From the NCBI GenBank assembly GCA_022842645.1, contig JALHPE010000002.1, positions 149,047 through 213,046 of the forward strand: a DNA stretch of 64,000 bases, given 5' to 3'. This stretch comes from Minisyncoccota bacterium. GTDB lineage: Bacteria > Patescibacteriota > Minisyncoccia > Phycocordibacterales > UBA2100. The number at the start of each line of letters is the position of its first letter. Position 1 is the stretch's first letter. Positions 46,323 to 55,783 of this stretch are shown here, one piece after another. The notes beneath the pieces were generated by a model. It was given only the letters and a program-made list of their open reading frames with translations, did no database searches and was not told where the DNA came from. A program made the translations under genes and the position numbers.

Positions 46323-47390
46323 CTAGGAATGTGTGCGGTGCGAGATGTCTGTGTAGATTGAAAGGAACGCAAATAAAAGACTTAGTGTAAGGGGGCCGAG
46401 GAAAAGACCGACGGGACCAAAGAGTGCAAGACCACCGAGGACGGAAAGAAGTACGAGGAGTGGGTGAAGATTCACACCCCTACCAATAAGCTGGGGGCCG
46501 AGGAAGTTATCGATAAGACCAACAGCGAGGAAGCCCCAGATGGTGAGACCGAGCGCGGCTGGGGCGTTTCCTGTAAAGAACATAAACAGTACGGTGGGAA
46601 TAAAAACAAGTCCAGTGCCAATGCCCGGGATTAAAGCACCAAGTGCGGCAACGGTGCCCCACAAGAAGCTATTGGGTACACCAAAGATGGTGAAGCCGAT
46701 GCCGGTGAGAATGCCCTGGAGGAGTGCGATTGTGAGGTTTCCCTTGATGACAGAATTTACCGCCAGCTCAAGTTTCTCAAAAATCTGCTCGTCGTAAGTA
46801 TCGCGCAAGGGCGAGAGTTCAATAATTTTATTCTTGAGCTTCGCACCATCACGGAGGAGATAATAAAGCGCGATAAAGAAGAGGAAGAATTTTAGAAAAA
46901 CCCCGGCAATACCAGTTGCGGCAGAGCCCACATGCTGAATCACCCACTGGAGGGCTTTTTGAGCATAATCGGAAAGGTTGGAAGAAAGATCATTAGAAAA
47001 GCCCCGGGCGGATGGTACATATGGCACAATCGTATTCTCAAGCGCGAGCGCAGAATCCTGTACGAGCGTGCGAGCATCACCTCCCTTGAAACCACTATAG
47101 AGATCGCGCGCCTCAATGCCAATTTGCGTTCCCACTACCGCGAGCGGCACGAGAATGCACACGACGGTGATAAGAACGGTGAGAAGCGCCGAGAGCGACG
47201 GCCACAGCGGGAGTTTTGAGAGAATACGGCGATAGAGTGGCTGAAGCACAGCGGCAAAAACGGCAGCAAGAAAAAGAGGTGCAAGAAACGGCTCGAAAAT
47301 GAAATAGGTCAACACTGCGGCGCCCGCAAGAAGGGTGACCAGAAAATATGTTCCCGCAATTCGGGTGTGCATGGTAGGAGTATAATTCAC
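46323..47390 (-). CDS. AI-2E family transporter (PerM/UPF0118)
   Basis: Eight TM topology. Confidence 0.6.
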   Translation of the reverse strand: MNYTPTMHTRIAGTYFLVTLLAGAAVLTYFIFEPFLAPLFLAAVFAAVLQPLYRRILSKLPLWPSLSALLTVLITVVCILVPLAVVGTQIGIEARDLYSGFKGGDARTLVQDSALALENTIVPYVPSARGFSNDLSSNLSDYAQKALQWVIQHVGSAATGIAGVFLKFFLFFIALYYLLRDGAKLKNKIIELSPLRDTYDEQIFEKLELAVNSVIKGNLTIALLQGILTGIGFTIFGVPNSFLWGTVAALGALIPGIGTGLVFIPTVLFMFFTGNAPAALGLTIWGFLAVGLIDNFLGPQLIGRGVNLHPLLVLLSVLGGLALFGPVGLFLGPLTLSLLFAFLSIYTDISHRTHS

Positions 47391-47476
47391 CCATAAGAAC
47401 TTGACAAAATGTCATTTACAGTGTATAAAGGATCGAGCAGAAAGATCTCTGCGGTTTGAACAAAGGAAATGCAAAG

Positions 47477-47908
47477 ATGAAAACATTCATGATGCTCATC
47501 GGCTTGTTTCTTGCTCTTCCGACCTCGACTGAGGCAGCAGACGTGAGACAAGTTGGGATCATCTGCAACAGCGAAGAAGCAGCCGGGTACTTCATGCTCG
47601 AGAAAAATCTCGGGGCTCACTCCGACAACAGCACCGTCGTGAAGGAAATATCGATTCCAAGGCACTGGTGCATTCTCGGCTTCGTCCGCTCATCACGATC
47701 GAACGCGAGCGTGGAACACTTCGAAGACGCCGCCGCGTTTTTTGGCATTATGCACTTGGTCGGCGGCACGTTTACCGCAACCCTGTCGCATAGTCCGCTT
47801 AAGATGTGGGCGGCTATGTTTCAAAGTGAGCAACTCTTCAACGTAGGGTTGCGACGCTTCAAGCGAGAGAACGGGAAACCAGGCTACTACCTCGTGCTCC
47901 GCAACTAA
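47477..47908 (+). CDS. hypothetical secreted protein
   Basis: Signal peptide MKTFMMLIGLFLALPTSTEA. Confidence 0.4.
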   Translation: MKTFMMLIGLFLALPTSTEAADVRQVGIICNSEEAAGYFMLEKNLGAHSDNSTVVKEISIPRHWCILGFVRSSRSNASVEHFEDAAAFFGIMHLVGGTFTATLSHSPLKMWAAMFQSEQLFNVGLRRFKRENGKPGYYLVLRN

Positions 47909-47953
47909 AAACAAGCGAATAAACTCAAGGACTCTCCTGACCGGGAGTCCTTT

Positions 47954-49132
47954 CTACTTCAACACATCCCACATTTTAGGATCCTGTCCGCCATCGATCT
48001 TGAAGATTGCGACGCCGCGGATGCCGAGACGTTTTGCGAGCGCAACTTTGTCGGCAATTGCTTTCGAGTCTTGCCACGTCACCATGCGATAGGAGAGATT
48101 GGTGTTTTGTGCAGTTGAGAGTGCAGAAGCCGCTGAAGCAACGAGATTGAAGGGCCACGCGCTTTGTGGGCGTGGAAGTGAGAGCGTGCTCCCTTCTGGG
48201 AAATACGTGAAGCCGAGTTCCCCGCCCGCATTTCTCCCCGGCGTAATATTGTGTTTGGCGGCAAGATCAATCCCATACTGCGGATTAAATGTCCACAGAA
48301 GGTCGTAGGTGTGTTCGTTATTTGCGTAGGTCGTAACGTTCCATTCGTAACCATACGTAGGGATGCCAAGGACAATTTTGTTTTTCGGAATGGTTTTCAT
48401 TGCTTCACGAATCGCTTTTTCAACCCACACAGTGTCCGCAACGGGACCATAGGGCTCAGTGATTTCCGCCTCGCGTTTTTGATCGATCGTCTGCTGGTCG
48501 TACGTCATAAAGCGCACCCGGTCGCAATATTTGTTTATTTCCACAAAGTCGTTCGCGTATTTACCTGCGTCTTTTGACGGAGTCGTACCGTAGTATCTGT
48601 CACTAAGCGGTGTGCGACTTTCAATGGTACACATCACCCACTTGTCCCCCATGGCTTTATAGAGCTCTTTCAAAAAGAGGGAGAAATAGGGGCGCGTCTT
48701 TTCATATTTCCCTTCGTAGTCAATATCAATGCCGTCGAAATCGTTTGCTTTGGCCTCATCGACTATCATCGCGATGTGGCGCGCGCGGAGTGTTGGATCC
48801 GAAAGAACATTGTGAATTGCATCGGCATTCGACCACATAACGGTTGGCACGTAACGCACGTTTTTCTTTTTCGCTTCAGCACGGAGTGTCGTCCAGGGCT
48901 CAACAGAAATTGCCGCGGCATCCCAAAGGCGACCATCTTCCTGCACGGTGTAGCCGAAAGGATTTATTTCTTTGAACGTATCGAGGTGCGCGAGCGTCTC
49001 TTGCGTGCCCGTGGCTGCTCGCCAATACGGAATCCAGCCCGAAATTTCAAACGGTGCTGACCAGACCGCAGCAGAAGTCGCGCTTGGCGCGAACAGACAA
49101 AAAACCACCAATGTGAGAATCCCCTTTTTCAT
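47954..49132 (-). CDS. secreted glycoside hydrolase family 18 (chitinase-like)
   Basis: Signal peptide; catalytic DGIDIDYE (DxxDxDxE). Confidence 0.75.
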   Translation of the reverse strand: MKKGILTLVVFCLFAPSATSAAVWSAPFEISGWIPYWRAATGTQETLAHLDTFKEINPFGYTVQEDGRLWDAAAISVEPWTTLRAEAKKKNVRYVPTVMWSNADAIHNVLSDPTLRARHIAMIVDEAKANDFDGIDIDYEGKYEKTRPYFSLFLKELYKAMGDKWVMCTIESRTPLSDRYYGTTPSKDAGKYANDFVEINKYCDRVRFMTYDQQTIDQKREAEITEPYGPVADTVWVEKAIREAMKTIPKNKIVLGIPTYGYEWNVTTYANNEHTYDLLWTFNPQYGIDLAAKHNITPGRNAGGELGFTYFPEGSTLSLPRPQSAWPFNLVASAASALSTAQNTNLSYRMVTWQDSKAIADKVALAKRLGIRGVAIFKIDGGQDPKMWDVLK

Positions 49133-49168
49133 AGCTACATACTAACAGACGCTCTTATGCTCGAAACC

Positions 49169-49711
49169 TTACTCTAAAAGTGCTGTCCCACCAAAAAGCG
49201 TGAATATCGCAAGAAGGCCGCTCACAAGCGCAACTTCCGCCTCACGTGCGCGCGCCTGAAAGATTCCCATCGAGACGAGCGTGAGCATTTCACCATTTTC
49301 AGCTGGTACATACACATCAATTTTCCCGTTCGTGCCGAAACCACCACATCCCTCGACACGCACAAGCTCAGTGCCATCGGTGAGAGTTATTGTAAAAAAA
49401 GTACCTCCTATATCTGTGTGCCACAGATACTCTTTTTCATACAGGATGAGCTGTGCTTCACGTGCGAGAAATGTGCGATGCATGGCACCCACAACGTGCC
49501 CCCATTCATCGCGCACCTCACCAAGAGAAAGCCTCCAGGAGCTATAGATAAACGTACGCGTGGCACCCCCCGCTTCGCCCTCGCCTTTAAAGTAGCCAAA
49601 ACGGCGGAGCGTTCGGAAAGCGCCGATGCACCCGCCGTAGGCATTGACGATCTCCCACGTGCGTGAAAATAAGCTCTTTTTAGCGATTGAGAGTGTTTCG
49701 CCCGCCTCCAT
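49169..49711 (-). CDS. hypothetical protein with C-terminal TM
   Basis: ORF only. Confidence 0.35.
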   Translation of the reverse strand: MEAGETLSIAKKSLFSRTWEIVNAYGGCIGAFRTLRRFGYFKGEGEAGGATRTFIYSSWRLSLGEVRDEWGHVVGAMHRTFLAREAQLILYEKEYLWHTDIGGTFFTITLTDGTELVRVEGCGGFGTNGKIDVYVPAENGEMLTLVSMGIFQARAREAEVALVSGLLAIFTLFGGTALLE

Positions 49712-49751
49712 GCGCGCATCCTACCGCGCTCATCCCACGCCTCCAACTAGA

Positions 49752-50279
49752 CTAGCCTCGAGGAGTGTAGCGTCGTAGTTCGGTTCGACGGACACGGAAA
49801 TCGGGTAGCATTTTCTCTACAAGCGTCCAAAAGCGACGGCTGTGATTGTGTTCTTTAAGATGACACAGTTCATGTACGATAACGTAATCAGCAAGTTCGC
49901 GCGGAAGAAACAGAAGTGTGTAGGAAAAATTGAGATTCCCCTTTCGCGAGCAGCTGCCCCACAGTCGCCGCGTGTTTTTTATTGCCACACGATTGTACGA
50001 AAACCCATACACCTGATTCCAATACGCAAGGCGCTCCTGCACAAACGCACGCGCTTCTTCTTTGTGCCGCACATATCCCCGACGGCCAGAAACGGGAAGA
50101 ACGCGCATCTCTCGCATACGCGCAACGCTTCGTGCGAGCCACAGGTGTTTTGAGGCGACAAATCGCTCAATCTCGCCGAGAAGCATGGTCCGCGGTGCCG
50201 TTACCACCACAACACCCCCCGGCCGCACCGTTAAGCGCATATGCCTTGCATGAGACGAACGCTTCAAGGTGTATTCCAC
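49752..50279 (-). CDS. M48/YgjP-family metal-dependent hydrolase (DUF45)
   Basis: YVIVHELCHLKEHNHSRRFW. Confidence 0.7.
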   Translation of the reverse strand: MEYTLKRSSHARHMRLTVRPGGVVVVTAPRTMLLGEIERFVASKHLWLARSVARMREMRVLPVSGRRGYVRHKEEARAFVQERLAYWNQVYGFSYNRVAIKNTRRLWGSCSRKGNLNFSYTLLFLPRELADYVIVHELCHLKEHNHSRRFWTLVEKMLPDFRVRRTELRRYTPRG

Positions 50280-50284
50280 ACAAA

Positions 50285-50989
50285 CTACTTCAAAACCACT
50301 CCTTCAATCACTATCGGCTGGACCGGACGATCAGATGCGCCTGTTTGGGTATTTTCAATTTTAGCTACCACCTCCATGCCTGAAATTACTTTGCCAAACA
50401 CCGTGTGTTTAGGGTCGAGGAAATTATTGTTTGCAACGTTAATGAAAAACTGGCTGCCATTTGTGTTGGGTCCTGCGTTTGCCATTGAGATCGTGCCTAC
50501 ATCATTTCTATTATTTACATGGATTTCATCAGCGAATTGATACCCGGGGCCCCCTGTCCCCCAACGAGCCATCATCGAATCGTCTTTGGTCAAGGGATCT
50601 CCCCCTTGAATCATGAATCCTTTAATTACGCGATGGAATTTTGTACCGTTGTAAAAACCATCTCCCGCGAGCTTCACGAAATTAGCGACCGTGTTGGGCG
50701 CATCAGAAGAAAATTCGATGGTGATGTCTCCTTGGTTTGTGGTGAGTGTTGCCTGCATGATTTTTTTGTTTGAATTTGTAGTAGTGCTGTTAGCAAAAAC
50801 GGGGGCGGCCACTGCGGCCGTTTGTGCCTGATTCGTGCGTGCGTCGTAGTTCTCTAAAAAACTCGCTGCCATTTCTCGCGCCTCATCGCTCGTTGCCATT
50901 TTCTCACCCGCGCTTCCCTGCCCACTATACCAGAAGCCGATTCCCACAAGCATCACGAAAACAAGTACTCCAAAAACTATTTTGTGCAT
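50285..50989 (-). CDS. secreted peptidyl-prolyl cis-trans isomerase, cyclophilin type
   Basis: FHRVIKGFMIQGGDP; signal/TM N-terminus. Confidence 0.85.
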   Translation of the reverse strand: MHKIVFGVLVFVMLVGIGFWYSGQGSAGEKMATSDEAREMAASFLENYDARTNQAQTAAVAAPVFANSTTTNSNKKIMQATLTTNQGDITIEFSSDAPNTVANFVKLAGDGFYNGTKFHRVIKGFMIQGGDPLTKDDSMMARWGTGGPGYQFADEIHVNNRNDVGTISMANAGPNTNGSQFFINVANNNFLDPKHTVFGKVISGMEVVAKIENTQTGASDRPVQPIVIEGVVLK

Positions 50990-50991
50990 GG

Positions 50992-51369
50992 TTAAACTCG
51001 TAAGTGCTTTTTAATGGCGCTTACAATATCCGCCATACTGGAATCCCCTTTTACCATGTAATGGAATGCTCCTTTTTCCATCGCACTCTGAAGTGTCTCG
51101 AGATCGCTTAAATTTGAAAGTATGAGAACGGTGACGTTTTTTCCCCACTCATCTGCACGAAGTTTCTCAATCATCTCAAGACCTGTCATAACAGGCATCT
51201 TCAAGTCCGTTACCACGATATCGGGATGATTATCAAGTGCTTGCGTGAGGCCATCTTGTCCATCTGTTGCACTGAGGACGGTAAATCCTTCTTTAGTAAG
51301 CGTGTCGGTGAGCGCAAGCGCAACTGCTGGCTCATCCTCAACCACAAGCACTGTTTTTGTGTCAGTCAT
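50992..51369 (-). CDS. single-domain response regulator (receiver only)
   Basis: VLVVEDEP...DLKMP receiver motifs. Confidence 0.8.
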   Translation of the reverse strand: MTDTKTVLVVEDEPAVALALTDTLTKEGFTVLSATDGQDGLTQALDNHPDIVVTDLKMPVMTGLEMIEKLRADEWGKNVTVLILSNLSDLETLQSAMEKGAFHYMVKGDSSMADIVSAIKKHLRV

Positions 51370-51396
51370 AACGCTAGTATACGCCGCGTAGGCAAA

Positions 51397-52641
51397 TCAT
51401 GCAGCTTTTTCCCCACTCCTCCACACGACCGGCATCGAGACGAAAAATGTGGTTCCTTTTCCTTCTTCAGATTCAAAGGTGATACTGCCCCCCGCACGCG
51501 CGAGTACAATTTTGATCACATAGAGCCCGAGCCCCGTGCCATCCGGCACGAGTTTCTGCGCATTGCTTGCGCGGTAGAGGCGCTCAAACACCTTTTCGCG
51601 CTCACTTGCAGGAATGCCAATGCCACTGTCTTTAACCGTGAGGTAGATGGTGTCATTCGGTACGCTGACAAGGGAAAGTGTGTAGTCGACTGTTCCGCCT
51701 TCACGCGAATATTTAATAGCGTTGGAGAGCAGGTTCTGCAACATCATGCGCACAAGCTTCTCATCGGCGTGCATCGTGGGAAACGAAGAATCAGACACGA
51801 GATTCACCGTCACTTTTCTTTGTGCTGCCGCATGCTCCTGCTCGCGAAACACGTCGCGAACCAGAGTATCAATATTAAAATCCGAAAGCGTCATCGCAAG
51901 CGTACCGAGCTCGATGCGCGACATATTCAAAAGGTCGTTCACCATTTCCACCATCTGCTGCGCAGAACTTTTGATGTTTTTGATATATTCTTCCTGTTTT
52001 TTTGTGAGCGGTTCCGCACCCTCTGCGACAAGTATTTCTGAGAGCCATTTAATGGAGGTGAGTGGCGTCTTAAGCTGATGCGAGGCAAGTGAAACGAATT
52101 CTGACTTTGCGCGATCCACCTCCATCTCTTTCGTCACATCGTGGGCAACGCCACGCACTGAGCGCGTGATGCGATTCACGACCGCCGACTTTCCTTCAAT
52201 ATTGAGATTGCGGACTTCGCCACGATTCGAAACAGTACGCACCGTAAAACTAAAGACTCCTGGCTGCGTCGTCGCTCTCTGCCATGCGCCTTTAAAGCGC
52301 TCACGATCACCCTCGTGAATATACGGCTCAAGAGAGTCGATTGTCGGGATGTTTCTTCGTGGCACAAGCCCGAAAAGCGCATACATCTCATCCGACCAGT
52401 ACGAGCGCGTTGGATCTTCAAAATCCCAAAGAAAGCTCCCCACCTTTCCAATTACCTCAGCTTCATGCAAACGCTCTTCAGCTCGCTTCCGAGCATCCAC
52501 CAGAAGATCCATACCCTTCCCTGCACGCGCGCGCGCAGTAATGGCGAGATAGATAGCAACCACCGCAATACTCACGAGCAACACCCCCACAAACATAATG
52601 AGTGATGAACTCCAGAACGTAGGGTTTGCAAGAATATCCAT
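51397..52641 (-). CDS. sensor histidine kinase (TM + PAS + HisKA + HATPase_c)
   Basis: H-box LASHQLKTPLTSI; N, G1, G2 boxes (NLLSNAIKYS, DSGIGI, GTGLGL). Confidence 0.85.
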   Translation of the reverse strand: MDILANPTFWSSSLIMFVGVLLVSIAVVAIYLAITARARAGKGMDLLVDARKRAEERLHEAEVIGKVGSFLWDFEDPTRSYWSDEMYALFGLVPRRNIPTIDSLEPYIHEGDRERFKGAWQRATTQPGVFSFTVRTVSNRGEVRNLNIEGKSAVVNRITRSVRGVAHDVTKEMEVDRAKSEFVSLASHQLKTPLTSIKWLSEILVAEGAEPLTKKQEEYIKNIKSSAQQMVEMVNDLLNMSRIELGTLAMTLSDFNIDTLVRDVFREQEHAAAQRKVTVNLVSDSSFPTMHADEKLVRMMLQNLLSNAIKYSREGGTVDYTLSLVSVPNDTIYLTVKDSGIGIPASEREKVFERLYRASNAQKLVPDGTGLGLYVIKIVLARAGGSITFESEEGKGTTFFVSMPVVWRSGEKAA

Positions 52642-52743
52642 ATCTGTATTGTATCAACAGGAATGAGGCTTGCCTTCTCTTCGCATCTCTACTACAGTCG
52701 CGGCAGGCCTATGATGTTTCGTAGGCAGACAAGGGAGCTCACG

Positions 52744-53208
52744 ATGACATGGACTGATGAACGAGTAGCGCGTTTAAAAAAGCTTTGGGCAGATGGCTGT
52801 TCTGCTTTGCAGATCGCCTCAGACCTAGGAGGGGTGACACGGCATGCGGTCATTGGCAAAGTGCATAGACTCGGCCTCTCAGGACGAGCTGTGGTATCTC
52901 GAATGAAACCGGGTAGGGCGGCTCAGCAAAAGAGGCCTCAACCCCGGCAAGTCGAACCTCCCTCAGTGCCTCAAAAGGCACCAAGTAAGTCCGCTGAGTT
53001 TGAAGAACTGGTGATACCCATATCTAACAGAAAGACATTGGACACCATTGAAGAACACCACTGCCACTGGCCTATAGGCGATCCGGGTTCGCGTGATTTC
53101 CACTTCTGTGGAAAAACGAAGATACATGGATCCTACTGTGAATTTCATGCACGGAGGGCATTTCAACCTGGCTCAGCGCGCCCTATACGGAACCGAGAGC
53201 TTGCATAG
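52744..53208 (+). CDS. gcrA: GcrA-family cell-cycle regulator-like protein
   Basis: MTWTDERVARLKKLWADGCSALQIASDLGGVTRHAVIGKVHRLGLSGRA plus C-terminal CHWPIGDP...FCG...YC module. Confidence 0.7.
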   Translation: MTWTDERVARLKKLWADGCSALQIASDLGGVTRHAVIGKVHRLGLSGRAVVSRMKPGRAAQQKRPQPRQVEPPSVPQKAPSKSAEFEELVIPISNRKTLDTIEEHHCHWPIGDPGSRDFHFCGKTKIHGSYCEFHARRAFQPGSARPIRNRELA

Positions 53209-53261
53209 ACAAGACGAGACGGCCGAATATTCGGCCGTCTTTTTGTACACAAAAGCAACGT

Positions 53262-54227
53262 CTACAGAGTGTCCTCACGCAACATTTTCAAGATTGATGT
53301 TACATTTTTCATCTTCGCATCATCAATGACTGAGATCGCGAACGTGTTTTTATTTTTTGTCTCTAATTTTTTCAATGTTTCTTTTACCGCTTCCTCACTC
53401 AGCATGTCCGCCTTTGAGAGGCATATGTATTCCTGTTTTTTGAGCAGTTCGGGATTAAATGCAGCAAGTTCCGTGCGAACGATGTCGTAATCACGCAGGA
53501 CGTCATCACTCTCAGCAGAAATGAGATGAAAAATAACACGCGTACGTTCAATATGGCGTAAAAATTTGTCGCCCAAGCCCTTTCCTTCAGAAGCTCCTTC
53601 GATGAGCCCCGGCACATCCGCAAGGATGAGGCCGTAGTAGGCTCCAAGATGCGGCTCGAGGGTCGTAAAGCTGTAATTTCCCACTTTCGAGTGCGCACCA
53701 GTGAGTGCATTCAAGAGGGACGACTTGCCGGCGTTCGGAAGTCCGATGAGTCCCACGTCCGCAATCATTTTTAGTTCGAGCCGGAAGGTAAAACTCTCAC
53801 CCTCTTTGCCTTCTTCAAATTCCTTCGGTGAAGTGTTTGTAGAGGCGCGGAAATGGTAATTTCCTCTACCGCGATAGCCACCGTGGGCAACGGTTATCTG
53901 TTCGCCCTCCTTTGTAATTTCATGTGTTTCCCCAGTGTCTTGATTGGTGATTACGGTGCCCACCGGCACCTTCAAAACCAAATCTTCGCCACGCTCACCG
54001 TCGCGCAGGCGCGTGGAACCAACGCCGCCATCGGCCGCTTTAAATTCTTTATTGAAACGAAACTGGAGGAGTGCCGAAATATCATTTATTCCTTCCAGAA
54101 TAATGTCGCCGCCAGGTCCACCGTTTGCCCCTGTGGGGCCAAGATTCCCTTTCGTGCGCGCAAAACCAACAATCCCCGAACCGCCGTCACCGCCGGAAAG
54201 ACGCACTGTTACGTCATCAACTAACAT
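53262..54227 (-). CDS. obg: GTPase Obg (short form without C-terminal extension)
   Basis: Gly-rich Obg fold domain; G1 GLPNAGKSS, G3 DVPG. Confidence 0.85.
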   Translation of the reverse strand: MLVDDVTVRLSGGDGGSGIVGFARTKGNLGPTGANGGPGGDIILEGINDISALLQFRFNKEFKAADGGVGSTRLRDGERGEDLVLKVPVGTVITNQDTGETHEITKEGEQITVAHGGYRGRGNYHFRASTNTSPKEFEEGKEGESFTFRLELKMIADVGLIGLPNAGKSSLLNALTGAHSKVGNYSFTTLEPHLGAYYGLILADVPGLIEGASEGKGLGDKFLRHIERTRVIFHLISAESDDVLRDYDIVRTELAAFNPELLKKQEYICLSKADMLSEEAVKETLKKLETKNKNTFAISVIDDAKMKNVTSILKMLREDTL

Positions 54228-54246
54228 GGAATGATACTAGCACGTC

Positions 54247-54654
54247 CTACTCGCGTGACACTTCTTCAACTTTCATAAGACCCTGCAAAAAATAGACGCT
54301 CCACTGATCTGAAGAAATCTCTTCGATTGGCACGAAAATACCGCCTACCGTTATTTTTTCACCCACACGAAGCCCGAGCTCGGCGCCGGCTTCAATGGCC
54401 TGAGCGAGATCCAGCGCGTAAAATTCACCACCCATCTTGATACTCGGTATACAATCGCGCGTTGTAGTGCCATCTAAGCGCTGTAAGCAGGCATAGGTGC
54501 CTTCCATAATGGCAAGCCCTTTCGGAGCCTCTACCTCGGGAGTTGGGATGCCTTGCTGCTCAACGTGCCACAAATAGCCGCCAAGACCTGCGATACATAC
54601 AATAAGTACGCCAAAGACGACAAAGAGTATCCGCTCGAACTGAAAGATTGACAT
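54247..54654 (-). CDS. hypothetical membrane-anchored protein
   Basis: ORF with N-terminal TM. Confidence 0.35.
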   Translation of the reverse strand: MSIFQFERILFVVFGVLIVCIAGLGGYLWHVEQQGIPTPEVEAPKGLAIMEGTYACLQRLDGTTTRDCIPSIKMGGEFYALDLAQAIEAGAELGLRVGEKITVGGIFVPIEEISSDQWSVYFLQGLMKVEEVSRE

Positions 54655-54687
54655 AGCGCAAAAAGAGACGATGCCGACAGGTGTATA

Positions 54688-54984
54688 TTACCGCGCCCCG
54701 CGCATCTGCTCAACTTGTTTTTGAACCTCCTTCTGAATACGCCCCTCGAATATACGCCACAAGAGTGGAAGCTTTGCGTCAAGAACAAAATCGTTTTCGG
54801 TGATTTCGAGCGTGCCGGTGATCTCCTTACCTTGCACCAAAACAGCGAAGGAGAGCGTGTCGCCCTGCCACTCTTCTTTTTTTATCTCTACCTGCCCTGC
54901 CAGAGCGGGACGAGCTTCTTCGATAGCATCTTTAATCTTCTGCTTTGCTTCACTTTTGAGCTTCTTGTGTGGTACTTGAATATG
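54688..54984 (-). CDS. PHA-granule-region-like (PHA_gran_rgn / DUF) small protein
   Basis: MHIQVPHKKLKSEAKQKIKDAIEE...WQGDTLSFAV...LEITENDFVLDAKLP pattern. Confidence 0.4.
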   Translation of the reverse strand, partial: HIQVPHKKLKSEAKQKIKDAIEEARPALAGQVEIKKEEWQGDTLSFAVLVQGKEITGTLEITENDFVLDAKLPLLWRIFEGRIQKEVQKQVEQMRGAR

Positions 54985-55108
54985 CATTCGGATGATTATA
55001 CCGAAGCTCACCCCTTGAGGGAAGCTTGGGGGCAACTGGCTCAAATGGCGCCATATGAGCCAGTTGCCCGAGACATGCTAGGATGCGCCTGTGACCGACT
55101 ACCCCATG

Positions 55109-55783
55109 CGCATCAATAAGTATCTCGCGCACAAGAATCTCTGTACGCGCCGCGAGGCGGACACGCTCATTTCCGCAGGAAAAGTGCTTATAAATGGTTC
55201 TCCGGCAAAGCTCGGCGACAAGGTTAATGAGAAAGACGACGTGCAGGTGCGCTTTCGTGTAAAGAACTATCGCTACTACGCCTACCACAAAACTCGTGGC
55301 GTCATCACCCACTCTGCACAAGAAGGAGAAAAAGAAATTGCCGATGTTTCTCCCGTGAAAGGAGTCTTCCCTGTTGGTCGGCTCGACAAAGATTCGAGCG
55401 GACTCATTATCCTCACCGACGACGGGAGAATTACCGACAAACTTCTGAACCCTGAATATGTTCACGAAAAAGAATACATCGTCACCACGAAAGAACCATT
55501 AAAGTCGAATTTTAAAGAGCGCATGGAGCGCGGTGTTGATATTGAGGGGTACAAAACTAAAGAATGTAGGGTGGAAATGCTTGGTGAGAAACGCTTTTCC
55601 GTCGTGCTTACTGAGGGCAAGAAGCACCAAATCCGCCGCATGTGCGCAGCGCTCGGGTATGTTGTCGCATCACTTGAGCGCGTGCGCATCATGAACATCC
55701 ACATCTCGGGACTGAAAGCTGGAAGCCACCGCCCAATTACGGGCTCGGAACTCTCTGCGTTTCTTAAATCTCTCGGCTTCTAA
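55109..55783 (+). CDS. pseudouridine synthase, RsuA/RluB family
   Basis: S4 domain MRINKYLAHKNLCTRREADTLI; catalytic VGRLDKDSSGLIILTDDG. Confidence 0.85.
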   Translation, partial: RINKYLAHKNLCTRREADTLISAGKVLINGSPAKLGDKVNEKDDVQVRFRVKNYRYYAYHKTRGVITHSAQEGEKEIADVSPVKGVFPVGRLDKDSSGLIILTDDGRITDKLLNPEYVHEKEYIVTTKEPLKSNFKERMERGVDIEGYKTKECRVEMLGEKRFSVVLTEGKKHQIRRMCAALGYVVASLERVRIMNIHISGLKAGSHRPITGSELSAFLKSLGF

